This document shows positions 19,501-30,200 of a DNA stretch of 64,000 nucleotides, piece after piece. Numbering within the stretch: position 1 is the first letter of the stretch; every line of letters starts with the position of its first letter. Position numbers and translations under genes: made by a program. This DNA comes from Candidatus Omnitrophota bacterium (lineage in GTDB: Bacteria > Omnitrophota > Gorgyraeia > Zapsychrales > Fredricksoniimonadaceae): NCBI GenBank assembly GCA_903901225.1, contig CAIUQE010000019.1:1146-65145 (forward strand), given 5' to 3'. The notes under the pieces are model-generated. The model was not told the origin of the DNA. It worked only from the letters and a program-made list of their open reading frames with translations, and searched no databases.

Positions 19501-21665
19501 GGCAGGCCGTTTAACTTATTGATCTCAAGGCCTTTCGTCGCATCAAAAAGATGTTTAATATTATTGGTATCTTCATCCATGCGCGTGAGGAATTCTGGCA
19601 TCGTGTGTGTGGCAGAAAATCGCACCCACTTGTCAAGAATGAGGGGCGTAAACAGACGCGCATCCTCTGGAGAAAAAACACCTGCGTCAACCGCCGCGTC
19701 TGCCAGATCCCAAAGTTTATTTTTTATCCTGGTGAAAAAACGGGGTGGATTGGAGTTGTTCGCCATCAGGGATGTTTTAAGATTTAAGGCAATAGTCAGG
19801 AATCCGGTATAAAACTCCTCCGGCATGGCCGAGGAAATCCCTTGAATGATCCGGAAATAAGACTCCCCCAGCGGATCTAGCGCATCAAGGATGACTTCAA
19901 ATAATTTTTTCAAATTCGCGTCAACAGGGATGGTATGCTTCAGCTGATGCAATTGCCAGGCATCAACTTTGAAAAATAAAGAATTGTGGTCTTGCATCAT
20001 GGCAACAAAAACCTTTACGAATTTCAGCCACAGGCGATCAAAATCCTGGCCAAGGATATTTTTCAGGACAAACAATGATAACTTGGGGTATCGTGACTTA
20101 GGATCATCATAATCTGTGATGTTTTTCTCATTGTACTTAATAAAATCGATCAGAGACCCCTTGCCCGCAAGCCCCATCTTATAAAGGCCCGGCCATAATT
20201 TTTCAAATTCTTTTTGCCGCGATACCTGGTCTGTTCCAAGGTGGTCATACATGTTATTTATGATCTTGAGGGCTTCATAACTTCCATAGGTGTCACCCCC
20301 TTCTTGCCCGCTGACAGTTTTTAACAACAGCACCAATTCTTCTTCATGTACTTGAAGCCACGGTTTATCTAGTTTTAAAAGCAATGGAAAGCCGTGGGTA
20401 GTCAGCACGTAAGTGGTTAGTAAATTAGTGTTAGCGATTTTCTCTGAAAGTGACAAGAAATACGCCGCATCTTTTTGCCCGCTGAATATAGCCGTAACTT
20501 GATCCTTGACATCATTCCATCGGTAATGTTCTTCCGCCATATCGCATGCCGCAAGGAGCATGGGGCGGCCCGTGAGCGCGGCTTTTACTGGAGCGGGGTC
20601 ATTATCTTCCACGAGGGTGAGTCCTGCGGCATCCACGCCACCCGTAAAATATTTTCTTGGCAGGACTTCGCCGGTCGCGGGATCGGGTTCTTCCCGGATC
20701 ATATTGATGACACCCTTGCGGTACGCCGCGATGTATTGCTGGTAGATCTGTTCATTACCATCCTTACCGGGCTGTTCCACGCCTGAGGTCGCGCTTTGGT
20801 CGACGTAGGCTTTCCCCAGAAGGCTCTGCCTGAGATGATCCTTGAACCATTTGGCCAGGATCATGGCGTGGAAGACCTGGCGCAGGAGAGCGAAGTTCTT
20901 GCCGGTGTTGATCTCCGCTTCGATCTTCGGCAGGAGCACCTCGCGCATGGCCGTGGTCGTGAGGTCGCTGGCAGGAGCTGAGGACTCTGCGATGCCCCTC
21001 TGATGAGACATGGCTATGTAATCTTCTTCCAACATTACTTTCAGATGACTTTCCAGGATCACCACCGTGGTGCCGTTGGCGTAAACCCGGGCGCGGTCGG
21101 GCGTGATCCAGATCTTGTGGAAGGTGTCGAGCGGGACATCGGTGGTGCCAAAGCGTTCAGCCAACGTTTTATAAAGGAGGTCCCAGTAAGTCCGGCCCAG
21201 CGCGGTATCCGGGTTCATCAGGGAACTTGTCAGCTGTTTGAGAAGGTAATCCTGCGCCAATAGATCGCGTGCCATGGTTGTCGGGCCGAAAGCCTTGGGT
21301 GTGATCCGGTCAGGCTCAAGGGGTGAGAGGTTGACCCAAAGGTCGCTCTGGGGAACGGTCAAAGCGGTCAGAAAGTATTTGACGAGGTCCTGGGTGGTGT
21401 CTTTTAGAACAGGTTGATCACCGGGTCCTTGCCCGGGATCGACCAGGAAATCGAAATGAAACGGATGGCGCGGGTCGATCTTAAGGCCCTTGAGACAGGC
21501 GGGTTGGAACGCCGGTGACATGGTAACGGGCGCGCCCGGTGGTGGCAGGGGCACGGCCATCTGGGCCAAGGCCGGGCCGGGAAGCACACTGGTTCCCAGA
21601 AAGGCGGCCAATAGGACGCCGCGCAGAACATGAAAGATCCTGTGGGTGCGCAAATAATACATCAT
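16572..21665 (-). CDS. Sandwich-family secreted protein, copy 1 (1697 aa; helical cargo with possible GNAT-like domain)
   Basis: Signal peptide (ALA-Q); LKGLKI..PFHFDF, KYFLTAL.VP..DLWVNLSP.E.DRI, RDLLAQDY.LKQ, PRKYFTGG; C-terminal GGIDMNP...GLTPVI...QFLE; central part AT-richer. Confidence 0.9.
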   Translation of the reverse strand: MMYYLRTHRIFHVLRGVLLAAFLGTSVLPGPALAQMAVPLPPPGAPVTMSPAFQPACLKGLKIDPRHPFHFDFLVDPGQGPGDQPVLKDTTQDLVKYFLTALTVPQSDLWVNLSPLEPDRITPKAFGPTTMARDLLAQDYLLKQLTSSLMNPDTALGRTYWDLLYKTLAERFGTTDVPLDTFHKIWITPDRARVYANGTTVVILESHLKVMLEEDYIAMSHQRGIAESSAPASDLTTTAMREVLLPKIEAEINTGKNFALLRQVFHAMILAKWFKDHLRQSLLGKAYVDQSATSGVEQPGKDGNEQIYQQYIAAYRKGVINMIREEPDPATGEVLPRKYFTGGVDAAGLTLVEDNDPAPVKAALTGRPMLLAACDMAEEHYRWNDVKDQVTAIFSGQKDAAYFLSLSEKIANTNLLTTYVLTTHGFPLLLKLDKPWLQVHEEELVLLLKTVSGQEGGDTYGSYEALKIINNMYDHLGTDQVSRQKEFEKLWPGLYKMGLAGKGSLIDFIKYNEKNITDYDDPKSRYPKLSLFVLKNILGQDFDRLWLKFVKVFVAMMQDHNSLFFKVDAWQLHQLKHTIPVDANLKKLFEVILDALDPLGESYFRIIQGISSAMPEEFYTGFLTIALNLKTSLMANNSNPPRFFTRIKNKLWDLADAAVDAGVFSPEDARLFTPLILDKWVRFSATHTMPEFLTRMDEDTNNIKHLFDATKGLEINKLNGLPELITEVCLDGDVQPIKDLTQLLTHKKFRQILLPKTPNIMPVIMDQTIAADMRFKIMHSVGAIAYLANLMQGSLQDERPAFDAVFVATDRILAQPVNAGTPEAVDALMPGLRRSIIENILKAPLPANLGTMLTDDPADEFYKNVTNIASNILTLGKALNNYMIVNDDNRNLFQKIFLNLAQHAAGHTLATYAIYIDQQVRPIKELLQTASQRNKPDLRKNYQHINDQRRIESAVRDTILSGKPLYMQRLQQFIDRLHSWGYRTTELLSEKTLALLDDPSIDLRYKMDALPFVTEVMLMKEAYGSYNDRSKIIFKASPHDPQLPPDLKAGRAIEAASVTLIRLWHKILQTSATSRNADTRKALAQISRQMPVLRATLLESLIQEPVPENATPLFENTSFINQIGTIMSVFTKSGEESRLWSLYRYAIKEFLNAYHKNAGVSAASRALRTKLMAIGKDSFKIHPDLEMQREFKDLVFGNKEAVARLVGNGWDPRLWEEGIELDLSLSKGMSDVQIREQIRHSATAMVESVEASVKKLEWREFKFRDMPVSVSNTVKLIQTTKDAEEFRGAFIKFNTAPELNNNQDHKNTLSELQSKINEIDALEKAITSQNGKQNVKITFRKDLLEEASVGQGAGQGCFSSEGVQKITPLETALQATAGFIIVHDQDGRQLATAHVALGDEGAYIDPIYTGSAYDMEPAFAAAIAELSRYLPKDGRIMLTPGSAAYNFFMNDHELKKIRMSHGTTGTIQLHRPETIIERTYFDAAPNVEHIPVDKESYDMLDVQTFTVNAADTFTNADLQTSGIFQLLANKDFQERRAILKPEIGKSLFDYLKENHPGYIPMIQFISQVFAPQYELRMTPENYAAFIEHAIDRKIIPNTPAGKEKAEKAFDDIADYFEKELSLKVVDMTPDHAMPATADKAATPGGIDMNPDLLKLDTTGQAVPMAPADSRMAPGKIKGLTPVITSLTPLVSAAQFLE

Positions 21666-21791
21666 CTTATGTTTGTAACGTATCTCCCTTCCTAAATATA
21701 AATTATAAAAATGCGGAAAACAAGGGCATGAGGTTCAGCCTGCGTTGCGGCAGTTGTGCAGGGCGGGGGGTTTGTGATAATATAGCGCCTC

Positions 21792-21986
21792 ATGAGTGCG
21801 ATCATTTGCCCCCATTGCAAGAATCCGATCTATGACGAGGACGCCCTGTTATGCCATTATTGCGGCAACAGCCTGGCGCGCGTGAGCAGCGGTGCTGTGG
21901 GCAAGATGCGCGCGGCGGGGATGAAATGGGTGTTGGTCGCGCTGGGCGTCATCACGCTGGTGATAACGATCATCATGTTCCAATAA
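21792..21986 (+). CDS. Small zinc-ribbon membrane protein
   Basis: CPHC...CHYC plus a C-terminal TM helix. Confidence 0.7.
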   Translation: MSAIICPHCKNPIYDEDALLCHYCGNSLARVSSGAVGKMRAAGMKWVLVALGVITLVITIIMFQ

Positions 21987-21998
21987 ACCGAGGGAAAT

Positions 21999-24473
21999 AT
22001 GCCGTATACGGGGAATGATATCAGGCGGGTCGAGGAAAAGTGGCAGGCCATCTGGGCCCAGAAGAAAACGTTCAAGGCGTCAGTGGACAGCCACAAGAAG
22101 AAATATTATGTCCTGGAGATGTTCCCGTATCCGTCGGGAAAGATCCACATGGGCCATGTCCGCAATTACACCATCGCGGACGTGATCGCGCGTTATAAGA
22201 TGATGCGCGGGTTCAATGTTTTGCACCCGATGGGCTATGACGCCTTCGGCCAGCCCGCGGAGAACGCGGCCATCAAGCGCGGGGTTTCGCCGTCGGAGTG
22301 GACCTACCGCTGCATCGACGACATGCGCGCCGGGCTGAAGAAGATGGGTTTTTCCTACGACTGGGACCGGGAGCTCGCGACCTGTGACGCGTCGTATTAC
22401 CGCTGGAACCAGTGGATATTCTTAAAGATGCAGGAGAAGGGGCTGGTTTACAAGAAGGGTTCACCGGTCAACTGGTGCCCGTCGTGTGCCACGACCCTCG
22501 CCAATGAGGAAGTTAGCAACGGTGCGTGCTGGCGCTGTAAAAATGAGGTCGTGCAGAAAGACCTCGAACAGTGGTACCTGAAGATCACGCATTACGCGGA
22601 ACCCTTGCTGGAAGATTTGAGAACATTGAACAACTGGCCGTCGCGCGTGGTGGCCATGCAGGAGAACTGGATCGGCAGGAGTTTTGGGACGGACATTTAT
22701 TTCAGGATCAAGGGGGCGGATGATGTCATCACGGTCTTTACGACCCGGCCTGATACCATTTTTGGCGCGACCTATGTGACCCTGGCGCCGGAACATCCGC
22801 TGGCTCGCAAATTGTCCCGCGGCACACCCCAGGAAGTGGCGGTGGCGGCGTTCATCGAAAAGTCCGCGCATATTTCCAAATCATTGCGCATGTCGGGTGA
22901 CGCGCGCAAGGAGGGTATCTTTACCGGCGGGTATGCCGTCAATCCTGTCAACGGTGAAGAAGTACCGGTGTGGATCGGCGATTATGTGCTCATGGAGTAC
23001 GGCACCGGCGCGATCATGGCGGTCCCGACGCATGACCAGCGCGATTTCGAGTTCGCGCGCACGCATAATTTGCCCATGCGTGTTGTCATCCAGGACCCGG
23101 CACATCCTTCTGTTACGCCCCAGCAGATGTCCAAGGCGTATGAGGAGAGCGGGGTGCTTGTCAATTCCAGGCAATTTGACGGCGTCTCCAATGAGGATGC
23201 CAAGAAGAATATTTCGGAATGGATCGCGGCACAGAAGATGGGCCGTTTGACCATCAATTGGCGCCTGCGCGACTGGCTCATTTCCCGTCAGCGCTATTGG
23301 GGCACGCCGATCCCCATGGTCTACTGCGAGGCATGCGGCATTGTGCCCGTGCCCTATGACCAGTTGCCGGTTAAATTGCCTGAGAACGCGCCGATCACCG
23401 GTTCGGGCGGCAGCCCTTTGGCCAAGGTCAAAGAATTCGTGGATGTGCAATGTCCGAAATGCGGGTGTGAAGCGCGCCGCGAGACCGACACCATGGCCAC
23501 GTTCTTCGATTCGTCGTGGTATTTCCTGAGGTATTGCTCCGCCCACAATGACAAAGAGATCTTTGACGCCAAGGAGGCCGCGTATTGGATGCCTGTCGAC
23601 CAGTATATCGGCGGTATTGAACACGCGATCCTGCATCTGCTTTACGCGCGTTTCTTTACGAAGTTCCTCCATGACATCGGCCTCGTCGTTGTCGACGAAC
23701 CTTTTGATCGCTTGTTGACCCAGGGCATGGTCCTTAAAGAGGGCGAGGTCATGTCCAAGTCGCGCGGGAATGTGGTCGATCCCGACGAGGTCATTGCCAC
23801 GTTTGGCGCGGATACGTTGCGCGTGTTCATCCTGTTCGCGGCGCCGCCTGAGGACCAGCTGGAATGGAGCCCGGCCGGGCTGGAGGGGAACTGGCGATTC
23901 ATCAACAGGATATGGAATGTGGTGGAGAACCGCTATAGGCCAGTTGCGGCAGGGAACGGCATGCCCGACGCGGATGACAAGAAGCTTGAGTTTGAACGCA
24001 ATGCCGCGATCAAGAAAGTGACGGACAGCATGGAAGGCGGGTTCAAGTTCAACACCGCCATTTCCGCGGTCATGGTCCTGATGAACGCGGTCGATAAATT
24101 CCAGGTGCCGGATGGGGCTCCCGCGAAGCAGGCGGCGCTGAACAAGGCGGTTGAAACAGCCGTGTTGCTCATGGCGCCGTTCATCCCGCACGCGGCGGAA
24201 GAATTGTGGCAGATGATGGGCAAGAATGACGCGTCGGTCGCCTTTGTAGCCTGGCCGACGTATTCTGATGACGCCCTTAAGACCGACACGGTCCGCATGG
24301 CCGTTCAGGTGAATGGCAAGGTGCGCGGGGAATTCGAGGTGGCGCGCGATGCTGACGAAGCTGTGTTGCGGCCGATCGTTCTTGCCGATGAAGGCGTGCA
24401 GCGCCACATCGCGGGCAAGGACATCAAAAAATTCATTGTGATCAAGAACAAGCTTGTGAGCATTGTGGTGTGA
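21999..24473 (+). CDS. leuS: Leucine--tRNA ligase
   Basis: MFPYPSGKIHMGH, RDWLISRQRYWGTPIP, GGIEHAILHLLYARF, MSKS. Confidence 0.98.
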   Translation: MPYTGNDIRRVEEKWQAIWAQKKTFKASVDSHKKKYYVLEMFPYPSGKIHMGHVRNYTIADVIARYKMMRGFNVLHPMGYDAFGQPAENAAIKRGVSPSEWTYRCIDDMRAGLKKMGFSYDWDRELATCDASYYRWNQWIFLKMQEKGLVYKKGSPVNWCPSCATTLANEEVSNGACWRCKNEVVQKDLEQWYLKITHYAEPLLEDLRTLNNWPSRVVAMQENWIGRSFGTDIYFRIKGADDVITVFTTRPDTIFGATYVTLAPEHPLARKLSRGTPQEVAVAAFIEKSAHISKSLRMSGDARKEGIFTGGYAVNPVNGEEVPVWIGDYVLMEYGTGAIMAVPTHDQRDFEFARTHNLPMRVVIQDPAHPSVTPQQMSKAYEESGVLVNSRQFDGVSNEDAKKNISEWIAAQKMGRLTINWRLRDWLISRQRYWGTPIPMVYCEACGIVPVPYDQLPVKLPENAPITGSGGSPLAKVKEFVDVQCPKCGCEARRETDTMATFFDSSWYFLRYCSAHNDKEIFDAKEAAYWMPVDQYIGGIEHAILHLLYARFFTKFLHDIGLVVVDEPFDRLLTQGMVLKEGEVMSKSRGNVVDPDEVIATFGADTLRVFILFAAPPEDQLEWSPAGLEGNWRFINRIWNVVENRYRPVAAGNGMPDADDKKLEFERNAAIKKVTDSMEGGFKFNTAISAVMVLMNAVDKFQVPDGAPAKQAALNKAVETAVLLMAPFIPHAAEELWQMMGKNDASVAFVAWPTYSDDALKTDTVRMAVQVNGKVRGEFEVARDADEAVLRPIVLADEGVQRHIAGKDIKKFIVIKNKLVSIVV

Positions 24474-24480
24474 GGTTGTG

Positions 24481-25194
24481 ATGACACAGCGTGAAATTGC
24501 CCGGCTGATCGACCATTCTTTGCTTCATCCGGCTTTGACCGATATCGAGATCCGTCAAGGCTGTGAGCTTGCGCGCCGCTGCGAAGTCAAGGCGGTGTGC
24601 GTCAAGCCCTACGCGATCTCCGTGGCGAAGGATATCCTCAAAGGTTCTCCCGTCGCGATCTGTTCCGTGGTCGGGTTCCCGCACGGCAATAGCATCACCA
24701 TGGTCAAGTTGCGCGAGACGCAGGAGGCTTTGGCCGCCGGGGCGCACGAGATCGACGTGGTCATCAATATCGGCAAGGCCAAAAGCGGTGAATTGGAGTA
24801 CGTGAAGGAAGAGCTGCGCGCCATCAACCGCGCTTGCCAGCGCACGGCGGCCCCCCTCAAGGTTATTTTTGAGACTGATTTTCTGACGGATGCCGAAGTT
24901 GTCGCGCTGTGCCAGGTGGCCACGGATGTGAATGTCGCGTATGTGAAAACTTCGACGGGATTCGGCTTTGTGAAACAGCCTGGCGGCAATCACAGCTGCA
25001 ACGGGGCCACGGAACATCACGTGAAGCTGATGCGTCAGCATTGCGCCTCGCATATCCGCATCAAGGCTTCGGGCGGCATACGTACGCTTGATGATGTGCT
25101 CAAATTCCATGCGTTGGGCTGTTCGCGCGTCGGCACAAGCGCGACGGAAGCCATCCTTGACGAAGCGAAGCGGCGCGGGGACAAAGAAAAATAA
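24481..25194 (+). CDS. deoC: Deoxyribose-phosphate aldolase
   Basis: IDHSLL, VGFPHG, EIDVVIN, KVIFET, VKTSTGF, IKASGGIR, RVGTS. Confidence 0.96.
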   Translation: MTQREIARLIDHSLLHPALTDIEIRQGCELARRCEVKAVCVKPYAISVAKDILKGSPVAICSVVGFPHGNSITMVKLRETQEALAAGAHEIDVVINIGKAKSGELEYVKEELRAINRACQRTAAPLKVIFETDFLTDAEVVALCQVATDVNVAYVKTSTGFGFVKQPGGNHSCNGATEHHVKLMRQHCASHIRIKASGGIRTLDDVLKFHALGCSRVGTSATEAILDEAKRRGDKEK

Positions 25195-25286
25195 CGCGCC
25201 CCGAAAATTTTTGCTATTATTAGTTCGCACCCCAGGTCTTTCCTTTCCTCCCCCCGGAGAATGGCGTCCTTGCCCAAGGACGCGCG

Positions 25287-25631
25287 ATGTTATTCTTCAC
25301 ACCCCATGAACGCAGGGCGCTGATCTTTCTGGGAGCGGCTTTTTTTTGCGGCATCTGTCTGGACATTGCCTTCAAACTTTATCCGCCGGGTTATCAAGCG
25401 CTGCAGGTTCTTGACAAGGCGCCGGAGCACGCCCAGATCGACATCAATCGTGCTTCCTATGAGGACCTGATCGCGGTCGCAGGGATCGGGCCGTCGACAG
25501 CGGCGAGGATCATTTACGCCAGGGAAAAGGCGGGACGGTTCGCGTCACTTGAAGAAATCAGGGGCATCAAGGGGTTCTCCAAGAAAAGTTTTGCCAGGGC
25601 TGCGGCGCGGCTGACTGTAGGGCCGCCATGA
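25287..25631 (+). CDS. comEA: ComEA-like helix-hairpin-helix DNA-binding protein
   Basis: N-terminal TM; IDINRAS.EDL..V.GIGP..A.RII..R...GRF.SLEE...IKG. Confidence 0.88.
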   Translation: MLFFTPHERRALIFLGAAFFCGICLDIAFKLYPPGYQALQVLDKAPEHAQIDINRASYEDLIAVAGIGPSTAARIIYAREKAGRFASLEEIRGIKGFSKKSFARAAARLTVGPP

Positions 25632-27163
25632 CCCGTCGTCCCGCGGTGATATTGGCACTGGCGTTTGTCGCCGGGATATGCGGCGAGAATATTTTTGGCC
25701 CGCTGCCTTTTCTGTTCATTGCGGTGGGACTCTTCGCTGGCGTTGTCATTGTCGTTCGTTGTGGAAGGTTAGGATCGGGGGCGCTGCTGGTCGCGCTGGC
25801 GTTCCTGTGCGGCGCATTTGCCGCGTGGGACCGCAGTGTTATCCCCGCGGACCATATTCGAGCGCAGTTGGACCGGCTGAAAGGCCGCGCCGTGGATGTG
25901 GTGTGCCTGGTCGCGGCGCCACCTGAAAAAAAGACCAATGGTCTGGCGCCCAAAAGTGTGTTCATCGGCGATCTTGAGCAGGTCAGTGGTTGCCGCTTGA
26001 GTGGTAGAGTGATCGTGAACCTTTACGGCGCGGGGGATTTCCGTTACGGCGATCGTGTTCACGTGAACGGAAAATTCTCCAGGCCCTTCAATTTCTCTCC
26101 CGGTGGAAAACTATCTTATCGTGACTATCTTGCGCGGCAGGGTATTTACGCCGTGCTGCATGTGCGCACGCAAGCGCCGCGGAGGTGCCTTGAGGCGCGG
26201 CGATCATGGAGCTGGGAAGCCATGACCTTGGCCGCGCGCCTGCGCTTGCAGGAAGTTTTTCGGCAAAGCCTTTCTCCCGGCGAGGCAGGGCTTATGAACG
26301 CGATGCTTCTGGGGCCGCGCAACGACATCCCGCCGCATGTGTATGACATTTTTCGTAAGACCGGTACGGCGCATATCATCGCCATCAGCGGGATGAACAT
26401 GACGCTGACCTCGGCCGGCGTTATTTTTATTTTGGGATTGTTCCGTATCCCGCGCCTGCCGCGCGCGTTGCTGGCCGTGGTGATCCTCGCGTTCTATTCC
26501 TGCATGGCGGGCAACAGCGCGCCGGTGGCACGCTCAGCGCTCATGGCCGCGGTGTTCATCCTGAGTTTTGTTATCGAACGCGAGACCGACGCGGCCAACA
26601 GCCTGGCGCTGGCCGCTTTGCTCCTGCTGGCGGCAGATCCCGGGCAGTTGAATGACATCGGGTTCCAGTTGTCGTTCGCTTGTGTTGCCGCGTTACTTTT
26701 ATTGGCGCCATTGATCCTGGCACCGTTCGAAGGCGCGCCTTGTCAGGAGAACAAGGTTGCCTGGGGCCTGATCGAAGGCGCGGGCGTCACCCTGGCCGCG
26801 TTCATCGGGTCCGCGGGTATCCTGGCGTATGATTTCGGATACATGACACCGGTCGGGCTCATTGTGAATCTTCCGGTTATTCCGCTGATGGCGCTGGTCA
26901 CGGCGCTGGGGGCCGCGGTGGCGTTCACCGGGCTTGCGCTGCCATTTTTGGTAACACCTTTCGCGCTGGGCCTGAAGGTTGTATTGAACATTTCTGTCTG
27001 GATACTGGCCCAGGCCGCGCGCATGCCCGTCGTGCCCTGCGCCGGGGTATCCGGGTGGGTGGCTGGCGCGTATTACGGCATCTTATTGTCTGTGACCGCG
27101 TATTTTCATATGACAGCGAGAAAAAACAGGTTCAGCCAGCCCAGGCCGCCCCTGATCCATTAA
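25628..27163 (+). CDS. comEC: ComEC/Rec2 competence channel (no C-terminal metallo-beta-lactamase domain)
   Basis: DUF4131-like region, F..TGTAHIIAISG, RSALMA, GFQLSF. Confidence 0.9.
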   Translation: MTRRPAVILALAFVAGICGENIFGPLPFLFIAVGLFAGVVIVVRCGRLGSGALLVALAFLCGAFAAWDRSVIPADHIRAQLDRLKGRAVDVVCLVAAPPEKKTNGLAPKSVFIGDLEQVSGCRLSGRVIVNLYGAGDFRYGDRVHVNGKFSRPFNFSPGGKLSYRDYLARQGIYAVLHVRTQAPRRCLEARRSWSWEAMTLAARLRLQEVFRQSLSPGEAGLMNAMLLGPRNDIPPHVYDIFRKTGTAHIIAISGMNMTLTSAGVIFILGLFRIPRLPRALLAVVILAFYSCMAGNSAPVARSALMAAVFILSFVIERETDAANSLALAALLLLAADPGQLNDIGFQLSFACVAALLLLAPLILAPFEGAPCQENKVAWGLIEGAGVTLAAFIGSAGILAYDFGYMTPVGLIVNLPVIPLMALVTALGAAVAFTGLALPFLVTPFALGLKVVLNISVWILAQAARMPVVPCAGVSGWVAGAYYGILLSVTAYFHMTARKNRFSQPRPPLIH

Positions 27164-27255
27164 TTTTCGCCCCTTTTGCCCTCTTTTTGGCACGATCAAT
27201 CAATATATGTTATCTTTTAACTAAGTTTGGCGGTGTGTCTTACCCAAAGGCGGAG

Positions 27256-30200
27256 ATGAAATTGGACGTGAAGCGAATTCTACATGGAATTCTTGCGGGC
27301 ATTTTGATCCTGGCATTCATTGTGCCGGATCTGCGGGTCTATGCGCAGGGAGTTATTTCTTTGCCGGAACCGGGCGTTGGATTCGCGCTGAGCCCGGCAT
27401 TTTCACCCGTGCTCCTTAAGGGCATCAAGGTCCGCTTGAACGACCCTTTCCGTTTTGATTTCATCCTGGACAAAGGCGATGGCACGGCCACGGCGGCGCA
27501 GATCAAGGCCGACGCCACCCGCCTGATCAAATACTTTCTCGCCTCCCTGACGATCCCGGAAAGCGACCTCTGGGTCAACCTTTCACCCTATGAAAAAGAC
27601 CGTATCATCCCCGACGCTTTTGGCCAGACGGGGATGGGGCGCGACCTGCTTGTCCTGGATTATCTCCTCAAAAAAACAATGGCCATGCTCCTGCACCCGG
27701 ATGGTGCGGTGGGAAAGAAATTCTGGGAGAAACTCTACGCCCGGGCCTACGAGGTCTACGGGACCACCGACATTCCCATTGACACCTTCAATAAGGTCTG
27801 GATCACCACGGACAGCGCCGAGATCTACGCGCGGTCGAAAGATGAAGGCACGCCGGTCCAGGCCGCCGTGGCTTTCGTGACCGCAACCCATCTGAAGGTC
27901 ATGCTGGAGAGTGATTACGTAGCCCTGTCCCATCAGAGGGACAGGGCGGATTCCTCTGCTCCTGCCGAGGACGTAGCCCTGTCCCGTACAACCCAAGGTG
28001 CTGACGCCATGAGCGTAGGGGAGGACTTTATGTCCTCCCGCCATGATCTCGAAAAGAATGTTCTTCGCGAGATCATCATCCCCGTCCTCGAAAAGGAAGT
28101 GAACGAGGGCCGGGATTTCAGCCAGCTGCGGCAGATCTATACCAGCCTTGTGCTGGCGACATGGTACAAGAAGGAGTTGACGAACGCCCTTGTGACCAGG
28201 GTCTACGCGGACCAGGGCAAGGTGGCCGGGATCACGCACCATGATCCCGGGATGCAGCAAAGAATATGGGACAGCTATGCCGAAACCTTCCGCAAAGGGG
28301 TGTATAACCTGATCCGGGAAGAGGTCGATCCGGCTTCTGGGGAAACCATTCCCCGGAAATATTTCTCCGGCGGGGTGGTCCTGCATGGCGATTATGCAAC
28401 GACACAAGAAAGGCCTTCGGCGGAAGGTCCTGGAGATTACGCGGCAATGACAGTGGACCTGGCGCAGGACACTACAGGGGAAGCAACGACACTCAATGAT
28501 ATCCTTGGCCCTTCCGCTGAACAGGCGGTCATGGCAAAATATTTCAGCCGGGGGAAACTTCCCAGTCATGTCAGGAAATTCTTGTCCGGCAGGAATGAGC
28601 TGGTCCGGGACAATAATACGAAAGAATTTGTCCGACGGTTGATGGATATCATGGAGACCGTTGGGCCCGATGTCGGGAACATGATCATAGACTTCATGCG
28701 GGGAGAGCTCGGCGGGAAATTTCTTCTCAAGGATTTGGTTGACCCGGGAGTTCTGTCGGTGTTGTTTCGCGGGGATAAGGATACGCAGGCGTTGCTGGAG
28801 ATGGCTGTGGAGGAGAATGACCCGCGTTACATTGGTTCAGCGCTGGCGGATTTTTTTAAGAAAGAGTTTGATCAGGAAGATGACTTTCAGACTGTCACCA
28901 GGGCGGCGCTCCTGTTGCGTTGCCTTTATGGTTTTCCCCAGGAACGGGTCCCGTTGGTATACCTTACGGCCCTTGAAACTTCCGGGATCCTTGAGCTGTT
29001 CCGGTATGTTCACCGTAATCCGGCATTAAAAGGACAGTATTCATTTCTTACTCCGGGGAATCCGATTGTTACGGCGATCCTGGAGAATAACGGGCCGGAG
29101 CTTGTGCGTTTGATCAATGAGATCCCCTGCCCGCCGGCAAAAAAAGCGGGGCTGTTGTTGCCGATAAAAAAGATGCTCGCGCACTACGGTTATCCTCTCG
29201 TTGCCATTGACGTCGGGAGCGCCGCGGATAACACGCTGCCGGCGTCTGACCCCCTTCCCATAAACATTTCCCTTCACGGTCAATTGTCCGCGATGGAGGA
29301 CATATTATCGGATACGGGCGCCGACCAGGCGTTGGTTTTGAAAGCAGTATTAAAGATCCTGGAAGATGTTAAGGAAACCCTGTCCCATGATCCGCATATT
29401 TATAAGGAATTGGTTGCCAGCTTCCAGGATGAATTGGTCAAAGCCCGAAGCAGTTACCTCCAGCAGCTAGCCATACAACACAAGGATAATGAGGATGCCC
29501 TTTTCGTTGCCGTGACGCAGGCAGAAACAGCCATGTTGCTGGGCTTTGATGAGACCGACATCGTTATTTTGAAAGCGTTCCATTTCTTGAAAAGGAATAA
29601 AACGAATCCGACCATGGAAAGGATCATCAAACACCTCAAAGAGGCGTCATCTGAGATCGATACAGCGACCCTGGAAAAGATATCTATCTTGAAGGATTTT
29701 TTCACCGGGATGATCGCTCTTGATCTTCAGGAAGAACATGTCATTTATGCCAAAGAGGCCAGGACGCTCAGGGATTTTGATATCGACCAGTTTTACCGGA
29801 ACAACATCGAGCATGGCTTTCAGGACCTGGTGATCGCCATGATGGAAGAAACAGGTGCTGACAAAGAGAGTGTGCAGAATTATTTGACAAGTAAAAAGAT
29901 ATTTCCCAACGGGCAGATGGCATTGCTTAATGTTAATGAGTATCCTGTTTTGAGAATAAATAGCAGCTTTGTCAATGAGAGGCTTTTGAAAATAATGACT
30001 CGGGATGTCAAGGATGCAATCAGGAAGATCCTGGATGGCGTGGCTGATGGCAATCAACATATCCCTTTTATTTATCGAACCACACTGGGTAACCAAAAGA
30101 ATTTTTCCATTTATGTCAGGATCAATGGAGTGATCGGGAACAATGAGTTAAGACATGCGGGGCTGGCTGACATTGAAATTAAAGACTTGTTGAATGCTTT

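Noticed and set aside
27055-27255. Longer start for copy 2 given by the ORF track
   Set aside because: Overlaps comEC; ATG 27256 has an SD and gives a signal peptide matching the paralogues.
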